Source: Eledone cirrhosa | Lineage: Eukaryota | DNA: 64,000 bases | Direction: 5' to 3' | Assembly (NCBI GenBank): GCA_964016885.1 | Contig: OZ024740.1 | Location: forward strand, 212,970,001 to 213,034,000 | Shown here: positions 42,601 to 55,689 of the stretch, piece by piece | How positions within the stretch are numbered: the first letter of the stretch is position 1 | Layout: the number at the start of each line of letters is the position of its first letter | Made by a program: the position numbers and the translations under genes | The notes under the pieces: model-generated | The model's input: the letters and a program-made list of their open reading frames with translations, nothing else | What the model was told of the DNA's origin: nothing | The model's database searches: none

Positions 42601-44806
42601 CGACCATACAGATCACAAACTTGTGATCTGAATAGGCAACCGTTTCAAAACGTGGACAGCTTACACTATTTCTGTCTATTTTCCTAATGAATATCCTGTC
42701 TATATACGATCTAGATGACCCTATGCGGTTAGCTCAGGTCCACACTGGCGCATTAGGGAAATCTACTCGGTACCTGTCAGACAGTTGGAACTGGCTGATC
42801 AGGTTCTTGAGGCTTTTGCACCCCCCCCCCCCGCTCCTATCGGATACTCCAACACAGTCCCAGCGTGCGTTTAAGATGCCGTTCCAGTCCCCCGCTAACA
42901 GTAAAGGGCGAGACGTACCCAGAAAGGCTTCCAGGCGTCTAAAGAAGTCCGGCCATCCTTCCCCAGTAGGAGCATACACGGCCACCAGTCTAAAGGCACC
43001 ACCTTCATTATTGTTCACGTCCAGGACCACCAACTTCCCGTCCGTGTCCCGGAAGATCGACCTTACCTCGAGATCCAGGCCTTTTCTAAACAGCACTTCC
43101 ACCCCGCCTCCCATTCCCGGCCGGCTAACAGATGCAAAGATCTGATAGTCGTCGAAAATGGGGGCTAGTGCGCGCGTGTCGGAAATCCTGGTCTCGCTGA
43201 CGGCAATTACATCCATTTCTAGAGACCTGAGGTCGTTGAGCAGGTGACCCTGCTTCCAGGACGATCCCAGGTCTCGGACATTTAAACATCTTACTCTTAA
43301 TACGGCCATGTTGGCAGGTTAAACACAAAGAGAGGAAGGTTTACTTACCTTCCGGGCTCTTGTGAAGGTCGGGTTGTTCGTCCTCCATAGTTAGTGGGGT
43401 TTCTTTTGGGAACCCCTTTAAAAGTCTTGAAGTGAGTTTTACGTTCGGGGTTCCCACGTCCCGAGGAAAGCTGTCTCGTATTTCTTTGAATATGTCGAGC
43501 GACATTCGCACCAGAACCAAATCTTCCGGCACGCGAAATGTGCTCGATTTAAACATTTCCCCCTCTTTTTGTATATTTTCACTTCGTGCTACGAGGGCCA
43601 TCAGTTCCTTGTTGGCCCTCCTGACGAGCACGAAGTTTTGTATGTTTTGTTGGTGTGATTTTATTTGTTTGCGTGGCTGTGATGGTGATGGTTTTGTTGG
43701 TGTTGTTTCGGTTGTATCTGTGTTTGTTGTGAGTGCGGTGTCTGTGGTTTCAGATGTTTGTATGTATATTTGTTCTTGCGTCTGTTTCGGTTGTTTGTGT
43801 TTGGGGGATTCTGGTGATGGTGATGGTGATGGTGGTGTTGATGTTGGTTTTATGGGAGAGATGTTTGCGTGGGTGGTGTCTGCGTTTTTTATTGTGGGTG
43901 CTTTTGTGCTTTGTTGAGTTTTCTTTTTCTTTTTGTGTCTCCTTTTTTGTATTTTGGGGGATTTTGGATTTCCCTCATTTTCACTACTGGTAGATGAGGG
44001 GTATGTGTCTGTAAGTGTGTCAGTATGTATGTTTATGGTTTTATTGGTGTGTGTATTATTTTGGAGAGGGGGAATTTGACAGCTTTCCTCGTTTGCTCTT
44101 GCTTGAAGAGCTTCCATGCCTGGGCCAACTTTTCATCTTTGTTTGAGAGGTCCATGCTGAAGCATGGCCTCTTTTTTGCTGCTGCCGGCAGCGAAAGTGT
44201 TCTTCATGTTTTCGTTGTGGGTTTTGTTGTCGTTGTTCTTGTTGGTGTTGTTGTTAGCACTCTCGCTGTTATCATTGTTGTCTTTGTTGCCACCGTTGTT
44301 CTCGCTGCAGTTGGTATTGTTGCTGTTGGTGTTGTCGCTATTTGTTTTCATGTTAGTGGTGTTGATATTGTTGTTGTATTTGTTATTTTTCTTTTTTGTT
44401 ATCTGTATTTTCGTTGTCGCTGTTACTGTCATTTTTTTCAAAATTAGTGTTCTTATTGGTATCATTGGTGTCTTTGTTTACCTTGTTTGTGGTGGTGCTT
44501 GTGTTATCCATGTGTGTTAATTTCGCTGTAGCGCTCCTCTCAACTTCTACGTCGTTGTCGCACGACAGTCGACATATCTCTAGGGGGCGTGGCTCAGCCA
44601 TGTTTTTTCTTCTTCGTAAATTTTTTAACATGTATAAAAAAGTTCAAATATTTGGGCCAAAAGGCCCAAATATTATACTTTCCCCTTCACGGGGCAAAGT
44701 CTAAGGGCTTTTATCCCTTACACAACAAGAAATATTTAACAACAAATAATTTTAACAGGCAAATAAAGCGACTTACTGTGAGCGAGCAAAATACGTCCGC
44801 TTAGAC
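39615..44806 (-). mobile_element. Tx1-clade LINE copy E5 in (ATT)n, with ORF1 centrally deleted
   Basis: ORF2 43309-39880 has few lesions (a 761-aa open stretch). ORF1 44601-43341 lacks the central and zinc-knuckle part. (ATT)n lies at both ends. Confidence 0.95.
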
Positions 44807-44807
44807 C

Positions 44808-44834
<27 letters not shown>

Positions 44835-44839
<5 letters not shown>

Positions 44840-45096
44840 GGATGATTTGTTATGTCTTCATTATGTTTATCGAGCAGTGACACGCGTTTCGCTATTAATC
44901 AGCTCAAGGTCGATCTGTATCGATCTAACCCGCCTCTGGAGTCAAAATCTCGTTGGACCACAGCAGAGGTCTGGCGAGCTTCTGGCTCCACAAGAGTCGG
45001 GTTAGATCGATACAGATCGAACCTTGGGCTAATTAATAGCGAAACGCATGTCACTGCTCGATAAACACAATGAAGACATAACAAATCCTCCTTATT
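44835..45096. repeat. Fold-back insert: ~98-bp inverted arms with a 65-bp spacer, inside (AAT)n/(ATT)n
   Basis: 44835-44932 versus 44998-45096. The arms contain gct..agc-GAAAC-gc(g/a)t-GTC, the 3' half of a hammerhead motif. Confidence 0.9.
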
Positions 45097-45134
45097 ATTA
45101 TTATTATTATTGTTATTTCCTTTATTATTTTTAT

Positions 45135-45680
45135 TGCGCTTCATTACTGCTTTTCCGAGCAAACTTCTGTGCGCCTTGGGTATGTGCAGTGTAGTTTTTG
45201 CTGATGTTGTTTCTATTGTATTGATAGTACTTTACGAAATATGTGTGGAGTGCCTAGTAGCGCTATCTTTTGTATGCTGTATATATTTGTAAGTCCTGGA
45301 GTTTTGGCTATGTATTTGTCTGTGTGTTTTTACTCATTCCTAGAGCACCTATTATTATAGGTATTGTTTCTGTTTTCCTTTTCCACTTTCGAGTTATTTC
45401 TATCGCTAGATCTTTATATTTGGAGAGTTTCTCTATTTTCTTGGAAGATATATTGTCGTCTGTGGGGATAGATACATCTATTAAAAGGCATTTTTTTTCT
45501 TTGTGGTCTTTGGTCTTGACCTCTCTGTCTGTATGTATTGGCATATCTCAGAGAATGGTTGCTTTGTCATTCTCTGACACTTTTTCTGGTATGTGTTTGT
45601 ACCATCTTTTTTATGTTGGTATTTCATAATGCTGGCATAATTTCCAGTGTATGAAGGTTCCAACTCTATCATGCCTGCGG
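45135..45680 (-). mobile_element. R4/Dong-like LINE 3' fragment
   Basis: PIHTDREV, CLLIDVSIP.D, EKLSKYKDL.IEI and IPIIIGALG; the 3' side abuts (TAA)n-like repeats. Confidence 0.85.
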
Positions 45681-46479
45681 ATATATCTTTTGTTTACTTC
45701 GACTCAACCGTGAATATAATTATATGTAGTAGAGATACCGCCTTAACAAAGATTTATATAAGACATATATACAATCTGAGCCTCAACAGCATCAAACAAC
45801 CAGAACTAGACATTAACCCCCAACACTTAAATTAACAAGTAAGACGTATTATTAAAAGTTAATTGGTTTATATAACTAAATCGTCTGATTCAGCGGAAGC
45901 TAGCGGTGGATAGACACCTATTGAAACTAGTGGTAGCAGCTAGGAACATATAGGTGTTCCCAGTACCAGTAGAAGATTACCTGACACTATAACATCAAAG
46001 CCAACAGTGATAAATAGAGAGATAATGCGATTGCTGAAGCTATAGGCAACCGACTACAGACTTCTCTCAACACATTATTTGAAATACAAACCTATTTGGG
46101 AGGATATATTTCAGTAGGTTGAAAACCTTAATTAGAGTTACAGGCCATGCAACATCAATATAAGAAAAGAAGCCTCCAAACTAGAACTAATAGCAGGTAA
46201 TTATCTAACTGGATATGTGAACCAATAAATCTTTTGATAATTGTGTCTGCTATTACATTGTTAACTTATCAGAAGGAACCGAAGCCACACAATCAAGATA
46301 CATGGGCACACAGCTTAAAAACAGCATTTTCTCCTTTCAAAGACATATCTCACTGATATTTGAAATTATGAAATTTGATGTGGACAACAATTTCACACAA
46401 CACAAGAAAAGTTTAAGAGAGAAATCAGAAAGGGGATTTAGAGATAAAGGATTAAAAAAAACCAACTGAACACGCAGTT

Positions 46480-47700
46480 GCAACAGAAACACTAATCTAC
46501 AGCATATAAACAGCAAATACTGAATCGACTATTTGCCAGGGATGTCAAATCGATCTCTTATAGCTTCACTGTAGTGTGGCTGGACTAACAGAAGACCTTC
46601 ATTAATATACTTCATTGGTTGAGTGAAAAGGCTTCATAGTTAGTCACACAACCACTTGTAGCTGTTATCCAATGTCTGACCAAGTCATGCTACATCCCAT
46701 TTTGAGATGATAGGAAGCAAAGTGAATCTGATACTATACACCACCAACACACATCTTGCAGAGCGATAGAATGTCAGTGCAGATCATTATTGTTCTCATT
46801 AAACCCATTAACATACCTGCTCACAAAAAATTAGAAATATTTCTCATCTTTTCTTTGTTAATGACCTGAAGTTGTATGGGCCAAACATCTTACAAACCAT
46901 AGAGAAAATTGGCGCTCATTTGCCAACTTTCTACAGGCTGATGTTTAATGATTCCAAATGTGCATTATTGGTGATGAAACATAGAAAGGTTGTAACTCTC
47001 CCCGAAAAACTAAACATGAACGGCTTGACAATACAATCTTTACATTGACGTGTCAACTACAGGTATCTTAGACAAGATGGGAATGTCAGATATGATGGAC
47101 CTCTATATAAGGAGAGTGCTAAGAATAAATACCTCAGGAGAGGTATCGTAATGCAAACATTTGGCCTTCTCAACTGGTCACTGTAAGAACTTAACTAGGA
47201 ATGAACACGAATGCGCAAGCAGCTCATTGTTACTGGAAATGTCAACATCAATTGGGATGTGGACAGACAATAACTCCCATGCTAGGAATGTGGGCAGGAT
47301 CTAAAATCCATATCAACATTGTATGAGGTCTGAATACTAACACTAAAACAATATCTTCAACAGAAGAAAAAAGTCAGCAACTATCTCATCCAGTTTTATA
47401 AACACGAAAATAACAATATTGTTAGAATATCCATTGAACATGAGAAGAAACATGAAATAAAAGCTGTCACAAATCTCTCTCCCAAGATCATTGGAAATCT
47501 TTTCTCAATGCTTGAAGAAAATAAAAAGTTAGATTGAAAATGTTGTACATGGGTACTTAAGATGGGAAATGCAGGCCATAGAGGTGGTAAATCACACTAA
47601 ATAACTTACATGGAATTCCGACAAGTTCTTAACATTGCTCATTGAAGGAAACCTCTATGAACAAGAAATGACTACCATGTACCAACTGAACAAAAGCGGA
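46480..47700 (+). mobile_element. Very degenerate R4-like RT remnant
   Basis: Relics of F.NDLKLY, YRYL.QD.N and TGN..IN.DVDR; similar to 59180-59740 and 60590-61150. Confidence 0.5.
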
Positions 47701-48393
47701 AAATTATCAGCTCCTTAATTCATAAGCTATGATATTTGGAACTTTCAAAATATGTAAAATATTCTTAAAATTTAAAGGATGAATAATTGAATATAAGGCG
47801 ACGAGATATTCGTCTTCTTTAAAAACGTACCACCGGGGAGCCGGAGAGATTTCCAATCAAAATAAACTTGAATTGAAGAAAAATAGTCAAACGACATGTA
47901 TGTCTTTATGATGTTTTATACTATTTTATGGTAATTGGTATGTCCATTAATATTTTTGTAAATTGTTTCATATATCATCATCATTATCATCATTATCATA
48001 ATTTTTACGTCAACTTTTCCATGCTGGGAGTTTTTGATATAAAGTTGTACAGGAAAATGTCCTTCATGAAGCCAACTCTTTTAGTCGGCTTTTACGACAT
48101 ACGGGGATTCAATTTGTCTATTTTATAAATTAAGACATATATGGGAATCTTGGATTTAATTTATTAGGTCATACATTTTGATACAGATCAGATATATTTG
48201 CTAAAAAAATTTATTTGTTTAATTAATGCGAAATGATTTACTTTATCTCATGATTTTTTTGCTAGTCATTTCTTTGTTTTCTAAATATATTTTGTCATTC
48301 CTATGGTATGAAATACGACACTCTAAAATATTTCGCATTATATTTTCATTATATCATCTCTTAATGTAATTTTCTATATTATTTATTTTACAG

Positions 48394-49293
48394 GATCATA
48401 TGATGACATTAATAGATAACTTGAATATAGCAATCACTTCAATAAAAAAAAACATTCTCCCTTTTGAAAAAGATCTTCCAAAAAACACCATAAACCTTTC
48501 CAAAGAAATCACAATACTGACTGCATATTTTAATATAGGAACCTTTGGAAAGGGAAGTCCTGGAAATAAGCGTGGTCCCAGCACGTATTACAAATGGATG
48601 TCTGTATTTGCTAACATCACTAATAATTTAATTGTTTATACTGATGATGAAACTACATATAAATCATTTCAAAAGATGAGGAGCAGATTTTCCAAAGAAC
48701 AAACCAAGTTATTTCTGATAGATACGAAAAAATTGTGGACATTTCAGATAAAAAAAAATATTTCTGATATATTTAGTCAACCTGGTTACCCAAAACATCA
48801 TCCCAATACAGTTTGGCCAGAATACGCTTGTGCTATGCATGCAAAATTTGAGTTACTTAACCGAATTATAAGAAAGAACTATTTTCATACGAAATACTTT
48901 ATGTGGTTAGATATGGGATATTTCAGATCACCCCATTATAGTTCCGAAATGAGACTTGCAATACCTAAAGATTTTAATGATTCTAGCGTTGCATATAGCC
49001 AAGTAGGTAGTTTTAATAAGAATATAACCTATAAAAATATTGTTTATAGCAATGTGGTGTGGTTGGCAGGTGGCTGTAACCTTGGCAAATATGATGTTTT
49101 GTACAAATTTACTCAAGAGTATTTAAACTTTGTTAAGAAAGCTTTGTCCTTGAAGCTTATAAGTACAGATCAGCAAATCATATATGGAATGTATGTTGAC
49201 AAAGAAAAACCCAAAACACAGCTTCAAATTTATAAATCAGGTTGGTTTAAATTAGGTACTGTATGTTATGAAGCTGGGAAGAAATCAACATAA
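48394..49293 (+). CDS. Host gene terminal exon: HtrL/YibB-like domain, putative glycosyltransferase-like
   Basis: Acceptor TTTTACAG|GATCATATG in phase 0, then an intact 300-codon frame with motifs ILTAYFNIG, LIVYTDD, PEY..M.AKF, YFMWLDMGYFR, WLAGG and TDQQII that match my recollection of the HtrL_YibB family. Confidence 0.85.
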   Translation, partial: DHMMTLIDNLNIAITSIKKNILPFEKDLPKNTINLSKEITILTAYFNIGTFGKGSPGNKRGPSTYYKWMSVFANITNNLIVYTDDETTYKSFQKMRSRFSKEQTKLFLIDTKKLWTFQIKKNISDIFSQPGYPKHHPNTVWPEYACAMHAKFELLNRIIRKNYFHTKYFMWLDMGYFRSPHYSSEMRLAIPKDFNDSSVAYSQVGSFNKNITYKNIVYSNVVWLAGGCNLGKYDVLYKFTQEYLNFVKKALSLKLISTDQQIIYGMYVDKEKPKTQLQIYKSGWFKLGTVCYEAGKKST

Positions 49294-49620
49294 TTGATAT
49301 GTGTGTACAGTATTAAAGACTTGTATAAAAGTGTATTGATATATCATCATCTTATTAAGACATATTAACTTCCCTGTAATTCCCTGGATCAGATGATTCT
49401 TTATGTCCTTAACATTTACTTCCTTCATTTTCAATTAAGAGAACCAACCACAAAATGAATTTAAAGGTCGTCAATTCATAAAATCACGTGTCTTTGCAGT
49501 ATGATGCATAACAAAATGAAATACTTTTTATGAAATACTAATTATATTTTGAAAGAATGGGTTGTCTATACATATTTACAAGTTCTCAATGATCCTCTTC
49601 ATATTTTCATTAAATAGCAA

Positions 49621-49906
49621 AATAATTGTTTCTACCTTTGGCACAAGACCAGCAATTACCCAGTACATTACTGGTACTTTATTTTATAGACTCCGTAAGG
49701 ATGAAAGGCGAAGTTAACCTAGGTGGGATTTGACCTCAGACCATAAAGGGCCGTAACACTTTGCTGCAAAGCATGGCGTCCGACTCTCTACCGATACTGC
49801 CAATCCACCGCCCTATATAATTGTTTCTACTTTTGGCACAAGGCCAGCAAATTAACCAGTACATTACTGGTACTTTATTTTATCGACCCCGTAAGGATGA
49901 AAGGCA
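49621..49906 (-). mobile_element. Full plus partial SINE pair
   Basis: Same family as the other copies. Confidence 0.9.
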
Positions 49907-50022
49907 TGATAAAAATTGCAATAAAGACCAAAATACTATGATACTCCAATTAAACTAAAAACGCTTTTTCCTGTTATGTTTGTCTACAACATAGAACTTA
50001 TAATCACATTGCTTCTGTGTGA

Positions 50023-53000
50023 TGGGCGTGGCATGTGTTGTGGTGCCGTGTTAGCCCACATGGGCGTGGAATGTGTTGTGGTGCCGTGTTAGCCCACATG
50101 GGCATGCCATGTTTTGTGGTGCCGTGTTAGCCCACATGGGCGTGGCATGTGTTGTGGTGCCGTGTTAGCCCACATGGGCGTGCCATGTTTTGTGGTGCCG
50201 TGTTAGCCCACATGGGCGTGGCATGTGTTGTGGTGACGTGTTAGCCCACATGGGCGTAGCATGTGTTGTGGTGCCGTGTTAGCCCACATGGGCGTGCCAT
50301 GTTTTGTAGAGCCGTGTTAGCCCACATGGGCGTGGCATGTTTTGTGGTGCCGTGTTAGCGCACATGGGCGTGGCATGTTTTGTGGTGCCGTGTTAGCCCA
50401 CATGGGCGTGGCATGTTTTGTGGTGCCGTGTTAGCCCACATGGGCGTAGCATGTGTTGTGGTGCCGTGTTAGCCCACATGGGCGTGCCATGTTTTGTAGT
50501 GCCGTGTTAGCCCACATGGGCGTGGCATGTTTTGTGGTGCCGTGTTAGCGCACATGGGCGTGCCATGTTTTGTGGTGTCGTGTTAGCCCACATGGGCGTG
50601 CCATGTTTTGTGGTGCCGTGTTAGCCCACATGGGCGTGGCATGTTTTGTGGTGCCGTGTTAGCGCACATGGGCGTGCCATGTTTTGTGGTGCCGTGTTAG
50701 CCCACATGGGCGTGCCATGTTTTGTGGTGCCGTGTTAGCCCACATGGGCGTGGCATGTGTTGTGGTGCCGTGTTAGCCCACATGGGCGTGCCATGTTTTG
50801 TGGTACCGTGTTAGCCCACATGGGCGTGGCATGTGTTGTGGTGCCGTGTTAGCCCACATAGGCGTGGCATGTGTTGTGGTGCGTGTTAGCCCACATGGGC
50901 GTGGCATGTTTTGTGGTGCCGTGTTAGCCCACATGGGCGTGGCATGTTTTGTGGTGCCGTGTTAGCGCACATGGGCGTGCCATGTTTTGTGGTGCCGTGT
51001 TAGCCCACATGGGCGTGCCATGTTTTGTGGTGCCGTGTTAGCCCACATGGGCGTGGCATGTGTTGTGGTGCCGTGTTAGCCCACATGGGCGTGCCATGTT
51101 TTGTGGTACCGTGTTAGCCCACATGGGCGTGGCATGTGTTGTGGTGCCGTGTTAGCCCACATAGGCGTGGCATGTGTTGTGGTGCGTGTTAGCCCACATG
51201 GGCGTGGCATGTTTTGTGGTGCCGTGTTAGCCCACATGGGCGTAGCATGTGTTGTGGTGCCGTGTTAGCCCACATGGGCGTGCCATGTTTTGTAGCGCCG
51301 TGTTAGCCCACATGGGCGTGGAATGTTTTGTGGTGCCGTGTTAGCGCACATGGGCGTGCCATGTTTTGTGGTGTCGTGTTAGCCCACATGGGCGTGCCAC
51401 GTTTTGTGGTGCCGTGTTAGCCCACATGGGCGTGGCATGTTTTGTGGTGCCGTGTTAGCGCACATGGGCGTGCCATGTTTTGTGGTGTCGTGTTAGCCCA
51501 CATGGGCGTGCCATGTTTTGTGGTGCCGTGTTAGCCCACATGGGCGTGGCATGTGTTGTGGTGCCGTGTTAGCCCACTTGGGCGTGCCATGTTTTGTGGT
51601 ACCGTGTTAGCCCACATGGGCGTGGCATGTGTTGTGGTGCCGTGTTAGCCCACATAGGCGTGGCATGTGTTGTGGTGCGTGTTAGCCCACATGGGCGTGG
51701 AATGTGTTGTGGTGCCGTGTTAGCCCACATGGGCGTGTCGTGTTTTGTGGTGCCGTGTTAGCCCACATGGGCGTGGCATGTTTTGTAGTGCCGTGTTAGC
51801 CCATATGGGCGTGGCATGTGTTGTGGTGCCGTGTTAGCCCACATGGGCGTGGCATGTGTTGTGGTGCCGTGTTAGACCACATGGGCGTGGCATATGTTGT
51901 GTTGCAGTGTTAGCCCACATGGGCGTGGCATGTGTTGTTGTGCCGTGTTAGCCCACATGGGCGTGGCATGTGTTGTAGTGCCGTGTTAGCCCACTTGGGC
52001 GTGGCATGTGTTGTGGTGCCGTGTTAGCCCACATGGGCTTGGCATGTTTTGTGGTGCCGTGTTAGCCCACATGGGCGTGGCATGTTTTGTGGTGCCGTGT
52101 TAGCCCACATGGGCGTAGCATGTGTTGTGGTGCCGTGTTAGCCCACATGGGCGTGCCATGTTTTGTAGTGCCGTGTTAGCCCACATGGGCGTGGCATGTG
52201 TTGTGGTGCCGTGTTAGCCCACATGGGCGTGGCATGTTTTGTGGTGCCGTGTTAGCCCACATGGGCGTAGCATGTGTTGTGGTGCCGTGTTAGCCCACAT
52301 AGGCGTGCCATGTTTTGTAGTGCCTTGTTAGCCCATATGGGCGTGGCATGTTTTGTGGTGCCGTGTTAGCGCACATGGGCGTGCCATGTTTTGTGGTGTC
52401 GTGTTAGCACACATGGGCGTGCCATGTTTTGTGGTGCCGTGTTAGCCCACATGGGCGTGGCATGTGTTGTGGTGCCGTGTTAGCGCACATGGGCGTGCCA
52501 TGTTTTGTGGTGTCGTGTTAGCCCACATGGGCGTGCCATGTTTTGTGGTGCCGTGTTAGCCCACATGGGCGTGGCATGTGTTGTGGTGTCGTGTTAACCC
52601 AGATGGGCGTAGCATGTGTTGTGGTGCCGTGTTAGCCCACATGGGCGTGCCATGTTTTGTAGTGCCGTGTTAGCCCACATGGGCGTGGCATGTTTTGTGG
52701 TGCCGTGTTAGCCCACATGGGCGTGCCAATTTTTGTGGTGTCGTGTTAGCCCACATGGGCGTGCCATGTTTTGTAGTGCCGTGTTAGCCCACGTGGGCGT
52801 GCCATGTTTTGTAGTGCCGTGTTAGCCCACATGGGCGTGCCATGTTTTGTGGTGTCGTGTTAGCTCACATGGGCGTGCCATGTTTTGTAGTGCCGTGTTA
52901 GCCCACATGGGCGTGCCATGTTTTGTAGTGCCGTGTTAGCCCACATGGGCGTGCCATGTTTTGTGGTGTCGTGTTAGCCCACATGGGCGTGCCATGTTTT

Positions 53001-55526
53001 GTGGTGCCGTGTTAGCCCACATGGGCGTGGCATGTGTTGTCGTGCCGTGTTAGCCCACATGGGCGTGCCATGTTTTGTGGTGCCGTGTTAGCCCACATGG
53101 GCGTGCCATGTTTTGTGGTGCCGTGTTAGCCCACATGGGCGTGCCATGTTTTGTGGTGCCGTGTTAGCCCACATGGGCGTGGCATGTGTTGTGGTGCCGT
53201 GTTAGCCCAGATGGGCGTGGTATGTTTTGTGGTGCCGTGTTAGCCCACATGGGCGTGGCATGTTTTGTGGTGCCGTGTTAGCCCACATGGGCGTAGCATG
53301 TGTTGTGGTGCCGTGTTAGCCCACATGGACGTGCCATGTTTTGTGATGTCGTGTTAGCCCACATGGGCGTGTCATGTTTTGTGGTGCCGTGTTAGCCCAC
53401 ATGGGCGTGGCATGTGTTGTGGTGTCGTGTTAACCCAGATGGGCGTAGCATGTGTTGTGGTGCCGTGTTAGCCCACATGGGCGTGCCATGTTTTGTAGTG
53501 CCGTGTTAGCCCACATGGGCGTGGCATGTTTTGTGGTGCCGTGTTAGCCCACATGGGCGTGCCAATTTTTGTGGTGTCGTGTTAGCCCACATGGGCGTGC
53601 CATGTTTTGTAGTGCCGTGTTAGCCCACATGGGCGTGCCATGTTTTGTAGTGCCGTGTTAGCCCACATGGGCGTGCCATGTTTTGTGGTGTCGTGTTAGC
53701 TCACATGGGCGTGCCATGTTTTGTAGTGCCGTGTTAGCCCACATGGGCGTGCCATGTTTTGTAGTGCCGTGTTAGCCCACATGGGCGTGCCATGTTTTGT
53801 GGTGTCGTGTTAGCCCACATGGGCGTGCCATGTTTTGTGGTGCCGTGTTAGCCCACATGGGCGTGGCATGTGTTGTCGTGCCGTGTTAGCCCACATGGGC
53901 GTGCCATGTTTTGTGGTGCCGTGTTAGCCCACATGGGCGTGCCATGTTTTGTGGTGCCGTGTTAGCCCACATGGGCGTGCCATGTTTTGTGGTGCCGTGT
54001 TAGCCCACATGGGCGTGGCATGTGTTGTGGTGCCGTGTTAGCCCAGATGGGCGTGGTATGTTTTGTGGTGCCGTGTTAGCCCACATGGGCGTGGCATGTT
54101 TTGTGGTGCCGTGTTAGCCCACATGGGCGTAGCATGTGTTGTGGTGCCGTGTTAGCCCACATGGACGTGCCATGTTTTGTGATGTCGTGTTAGCCCACAT
54201 GGGCGTGTCATGTTTTGTGGTGCCGTGTTAGCCCACATGGGCGTGCCATGTTTTGTGGTGCCGTGTTAGCCCACATGGGCGTGGCATGTGTTGTGGTGCC
54301 GCGTTAGCCCACATGGGCGTGGCATGTGTTGTGGTGCCGTGTTAGCCCACATGGGCGTGCCATGTTTTGTGGTGCCGTGTTAGCCCACATGGGCGTAGCA
54401 TGTGTTGTGGTGCCGTGTTAGCCCACATGGGCGTGCCATGTTTTGTGGTGCCGTGTTAGCCCACATGGGCGTGGCATGTTTTGTGGTGCCGTGTTAGCCC
54501 ACATGGGCGTGGCATGTTTTGTGGTGCCGTGTTAGGCCACATGGGCGTGGCATGTTTTGTGGTGCCGTGTTAGGCCACATGGGCGTGGCATGTGTTGTGG
54601 TGCCGTGTTAGCCCACATGGGCGTGGCATGTTTTGTAGTGCCGTGTTAGCCCACATGGGCGTGGCATGTGTTGTTGTGCCGTGTTAGCCCACATGGGCGT
54701 GGCATGTGTTGTGGTGCCGTGTTAGACCACATGGGCGTGGCATGTGTTGTGGTGCTGTGTTAGCCCACATGGGCGTGGCATGTTTTGTAGTGCCGTGTTA
54801 GCCCACATGGGCGTGGCATGTGTTGTGGTGACGTGTTAGCCCACATGGGCGTGGCATGTGTTGTGGTGCCGTGTTAGCCCAGATGGGCGTGGCATGTTTT
54901 GTGGTGCCGTGTTAGCGCACATGGGCGTGCCATGTTTTGTGGTGCCGTGTTAGCCCAAATGGGCGTGGCATGTTTTGTGGTGCCGTGTTAGCCCTCATGG
55001 GCGTAGCATGTGTTGTGGTGCCGTGTTAGCCCACATGGGCGTGCCATGTTTTGTGGTGCCGTGTTAGCCCACATGGGCGTGGCATATTTTGTGGTGCCGT
55101 GTTAGCGCACATGGGCGTGCCATGTTTTGTGGTGTCGTGTTAGCCCACATGGGCGTGCCATGTTTTGTGGTGCCGTGTTAGCCCACATGGGCGTGGCATG
55201 TGTTGTGGTGCCGTGTTAGCCCACATGGGCGTGCCATGTTTTGTGGTGCCGTGTTAGCCCACATGGGCGTGGCATGTGTTGTGGTGCCGTGTTAGCCCAC
55301 ATGGGCGTGGCATGTTTTGTGGTGCCGTGTTAGCCCACATGGGCGGGCATGTGTTGTGGTGCCGTGTTAGCCCGCATGGGCGTGGCATGTGTTGTAGTGC
55401 CGTGTTAGCCCACATGGGCGTGGAATGTGTTGTGGTGCCGTGTTAGCCCACATGGGCGTGGCATGTGTTGTGGTGCCGTGTTAGCCCACATGGGCGTGGC
55501 ATGTGTTGTGGTGCCGTGTTAGCACA
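50023..55526. repeat. 38-bp tandem satellite, about 145 units
   Basis: Unit GGGCGTG(G/C)CATGT(G/T)TTGTGGTGCCGTGTTAGCCCACAT with period 38 and no unique spacers. Confidence 0.98.
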
Positions 55527-55689
55527 TCAGTGTCTAGAATATGAGACCTCCATGAGATCTTGAGGATACACACACATATACATACATATATACATACATA
55601 CGCACATATATATATATGTACATACATATGCACATAGATACATACATACACACACATACATACATTTATTCATACATACATACAAACCT

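Noticed and set aside
48400-49293. Bacterial contamination or intronless prokaryotic htrL
   Set aside because: A good splice acceptor, phase-compatible upstream exons and flanking host SINEs indicate an integrated eukaryotic gene.
50023-55526. CRISPR-like array (38-bp partly palindromic repeat)
   Set aside because: Units are contiguous with no unique spacers, there are no cas genes, and the context is eukaryotic.
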